From: a virus
Taxonomy: Duplodnaviria; Caudoviricetes
Strand: one strand, 5' to 3'
Virus record (IMG/VR): IMGVR_UViG_3300020727_000033
Location: 1-43,796 of that record
DNA: 43,796 bases
Part shown: positions 42,882 through 43,796 of the stretch, one piece after another
Layout of the letters: each line of letters begins with the position of its first letter
How positions within the stretch are numbered: position 1 is the first letter of the stretch
Notes under the pieces: generated by a model
Database searches by the model: none
Told to the model about the DNA's origin: nothing
The model's input: the letters and a program-made list of their open reading frames with translations, nothing else
Made by a program: the position numbers and the translations under genes

Positions 42882-43061
42882 AGATCAATAGAGTTAGTTA
42901 CCGGTGAGTAACTAAAACTGATGCGGCGTGAAGCGGATCGGTGATCCGGCCGCAACTGCGGCGGAGCAAGTTACTGGCCAGTAACTAACATTACCCAGAT
43001 CAAGCTTGGCCGCGGGCCGCGGCTGGTAGCAAAAATTTCGTCAAAAAAACGTATTTGGTTA

Positions 43062-43090
43062 TTGACACGGTTAGTGTTATCTGTTAGTGT
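43062..43090 (+). promoter_or_regulatory. promoter TTGACA-N17-TAGTGT
   Basis: Directly after an A-tract repeat copy; AAGGAG RBS downstream. Confidence 0.6.
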
Positions 43091-43129
43091 TCTGGGAGAA
43101 GGTAGTAACCAACTAATAAAAGGAGCATT

Positions 43130-43297
43130 ATGAGTGAAGGAAAATTATTTGGTGCTGATGGCACAGAGGTTGTTTGGTTTGCCGAACTGACTGAGGGCAT
43201 GGTTGGTCACCTGAGTCCCTACGAACTAAGCGCACTATGTGAAGAACTTAGTGATGCAATTGCTCGGGCTTGTGACGACTACGAGGTGGTGGGCTAA
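43130..43297 (+). CDS. acidic 55-aa protein
   Basis: AAAAGGAG RBS; TAATG coupling; hand-translated. Confidence 0.65.
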   Translation: MSEGKLFGADGTEVVWFAELTEGMVGHLSPYELSALCEELSDAIARACDDYEVVG

Positions 43298-43796
43298 TGC
43301 CAAATTGGGTATTTAATGCAGTCAGTATTACTGGCAATGAGAATACAGTCACAGCCTTGCGTGAGCAGTTGCGCAAGCCAATCCAAGTTCCAGTTATGGA
43401 TGGCTACAAACAAGTAGAGCCACGTACATACACGGAACACACGCCTGAATGGATTTCTTTTCAGAATGTGATTCCAATCCCAGAAGACATACTTGATGAG
43501 TATCACGGTGTATGTGATTCAGAAGGCATGAAGAATGAGAACAACTGGTACACATGGAACGTCAATAACTGGGGTTGTAAATGGGATGCCAACGAGGATA
43601 GTGGCACATTCGAGGCTAATAATGGAATTGCCACTCTTTGGTTTTCCTTTGACACGCCATGGTCACCAGCACAGCCAATCATGGACAAACTGGTTGAGAT
43701 TTGCAGAACTAAAGACCTGCACATGTACTGGACGTATCGTGAGGAACAGGGTTGGGGCGGTTCAGTAACAGTAGACACCAATGGAGAAGTAACCAC
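43297..43796 (+). CDS. DUF1281/YubB-like ferredoxin-fold phage protein (3' truncated)
   Basis: MPNWV.N, WY.WN..NWGCKWD, F.FDTPWSP, Y.EEQGWGG; open to the window end. Confidence 0.85.
   Translation, partial: MPNWVFNAVSITGNENTVTALREQLRKPIQVPVMDGYKQVEPRTYTEHTPEWISFQNVIPIPEDILDEYHGVCDSEGMKNENNWYTWNVNNWGCKWDANEDSGTFEANNGIATLWFSFDTPWSPAQPIMDKLVEICRTKDLHMYWTYREEQGWGGSVTVDTNGEVT

Larger units (their letters stand above)
34690..43056 (+). repeat. dispersed A-tract repeat family, consensus CTAGTAACAAAAATTTCTGACAAAAAAACGTATT
   Basis: Copies at ~34690, 35037, 35574, 36729, 36767, 40312, 40360, 40418 and 43023; 36729-36763 and 36767-36801 are identical. Confidence 0.85.

Noticed and set aside
43294-43796. 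ORF-track calls 43294-43506, 43503-43796 and 43535-43768
   Set aside because: The real gene is the + strand frame from 43297, missed by the track because it has no stop in the window

Overview
This window is a ~44 kb piece of a tailed dsDNA phage genome with a contractile (myovirus-type) tail. The host is most likely an actinobacterium; this is inferred from small-protein families, GGAAGGA-type RBSs and apparent leaderless genes. Bases 1-31.8 kb are one leftward block. Read right to left it encodes dNMP kinase, a resolvase, TerL, portal, a basic protein, a multidomain protease-scaffold, the major capsid protein, neck proteins, sheath, tube, a frameshifting tail chaperone, tape measure, baseplate, tail fibre and two parallel accessory fibre/adhesin modules. 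The 31.8-34.6 kb switch region carries repeats, two tRNAs and an adenine methyltransferase. The 34.6-43.8 kb early-type region is built from short promoter-gene(s)-hairpin cassettes and includes a MoxR-type AAA+/vWA pair. The most unusual signal lies between these cassettes: dense clusters of short palindromic restriction-type sites (AGCT, GATC, CCGG, GAGCTC; 25 AGCT in ~350 bp, including inside one small gene), a ~30-35 bp A-tract repeat always on the + strand, a conserved CCCGGG-hairpin family and GTTAC-N6-GTAAC palindromes. All product calls come from motif and synteny recognition by eye; no database search was run.
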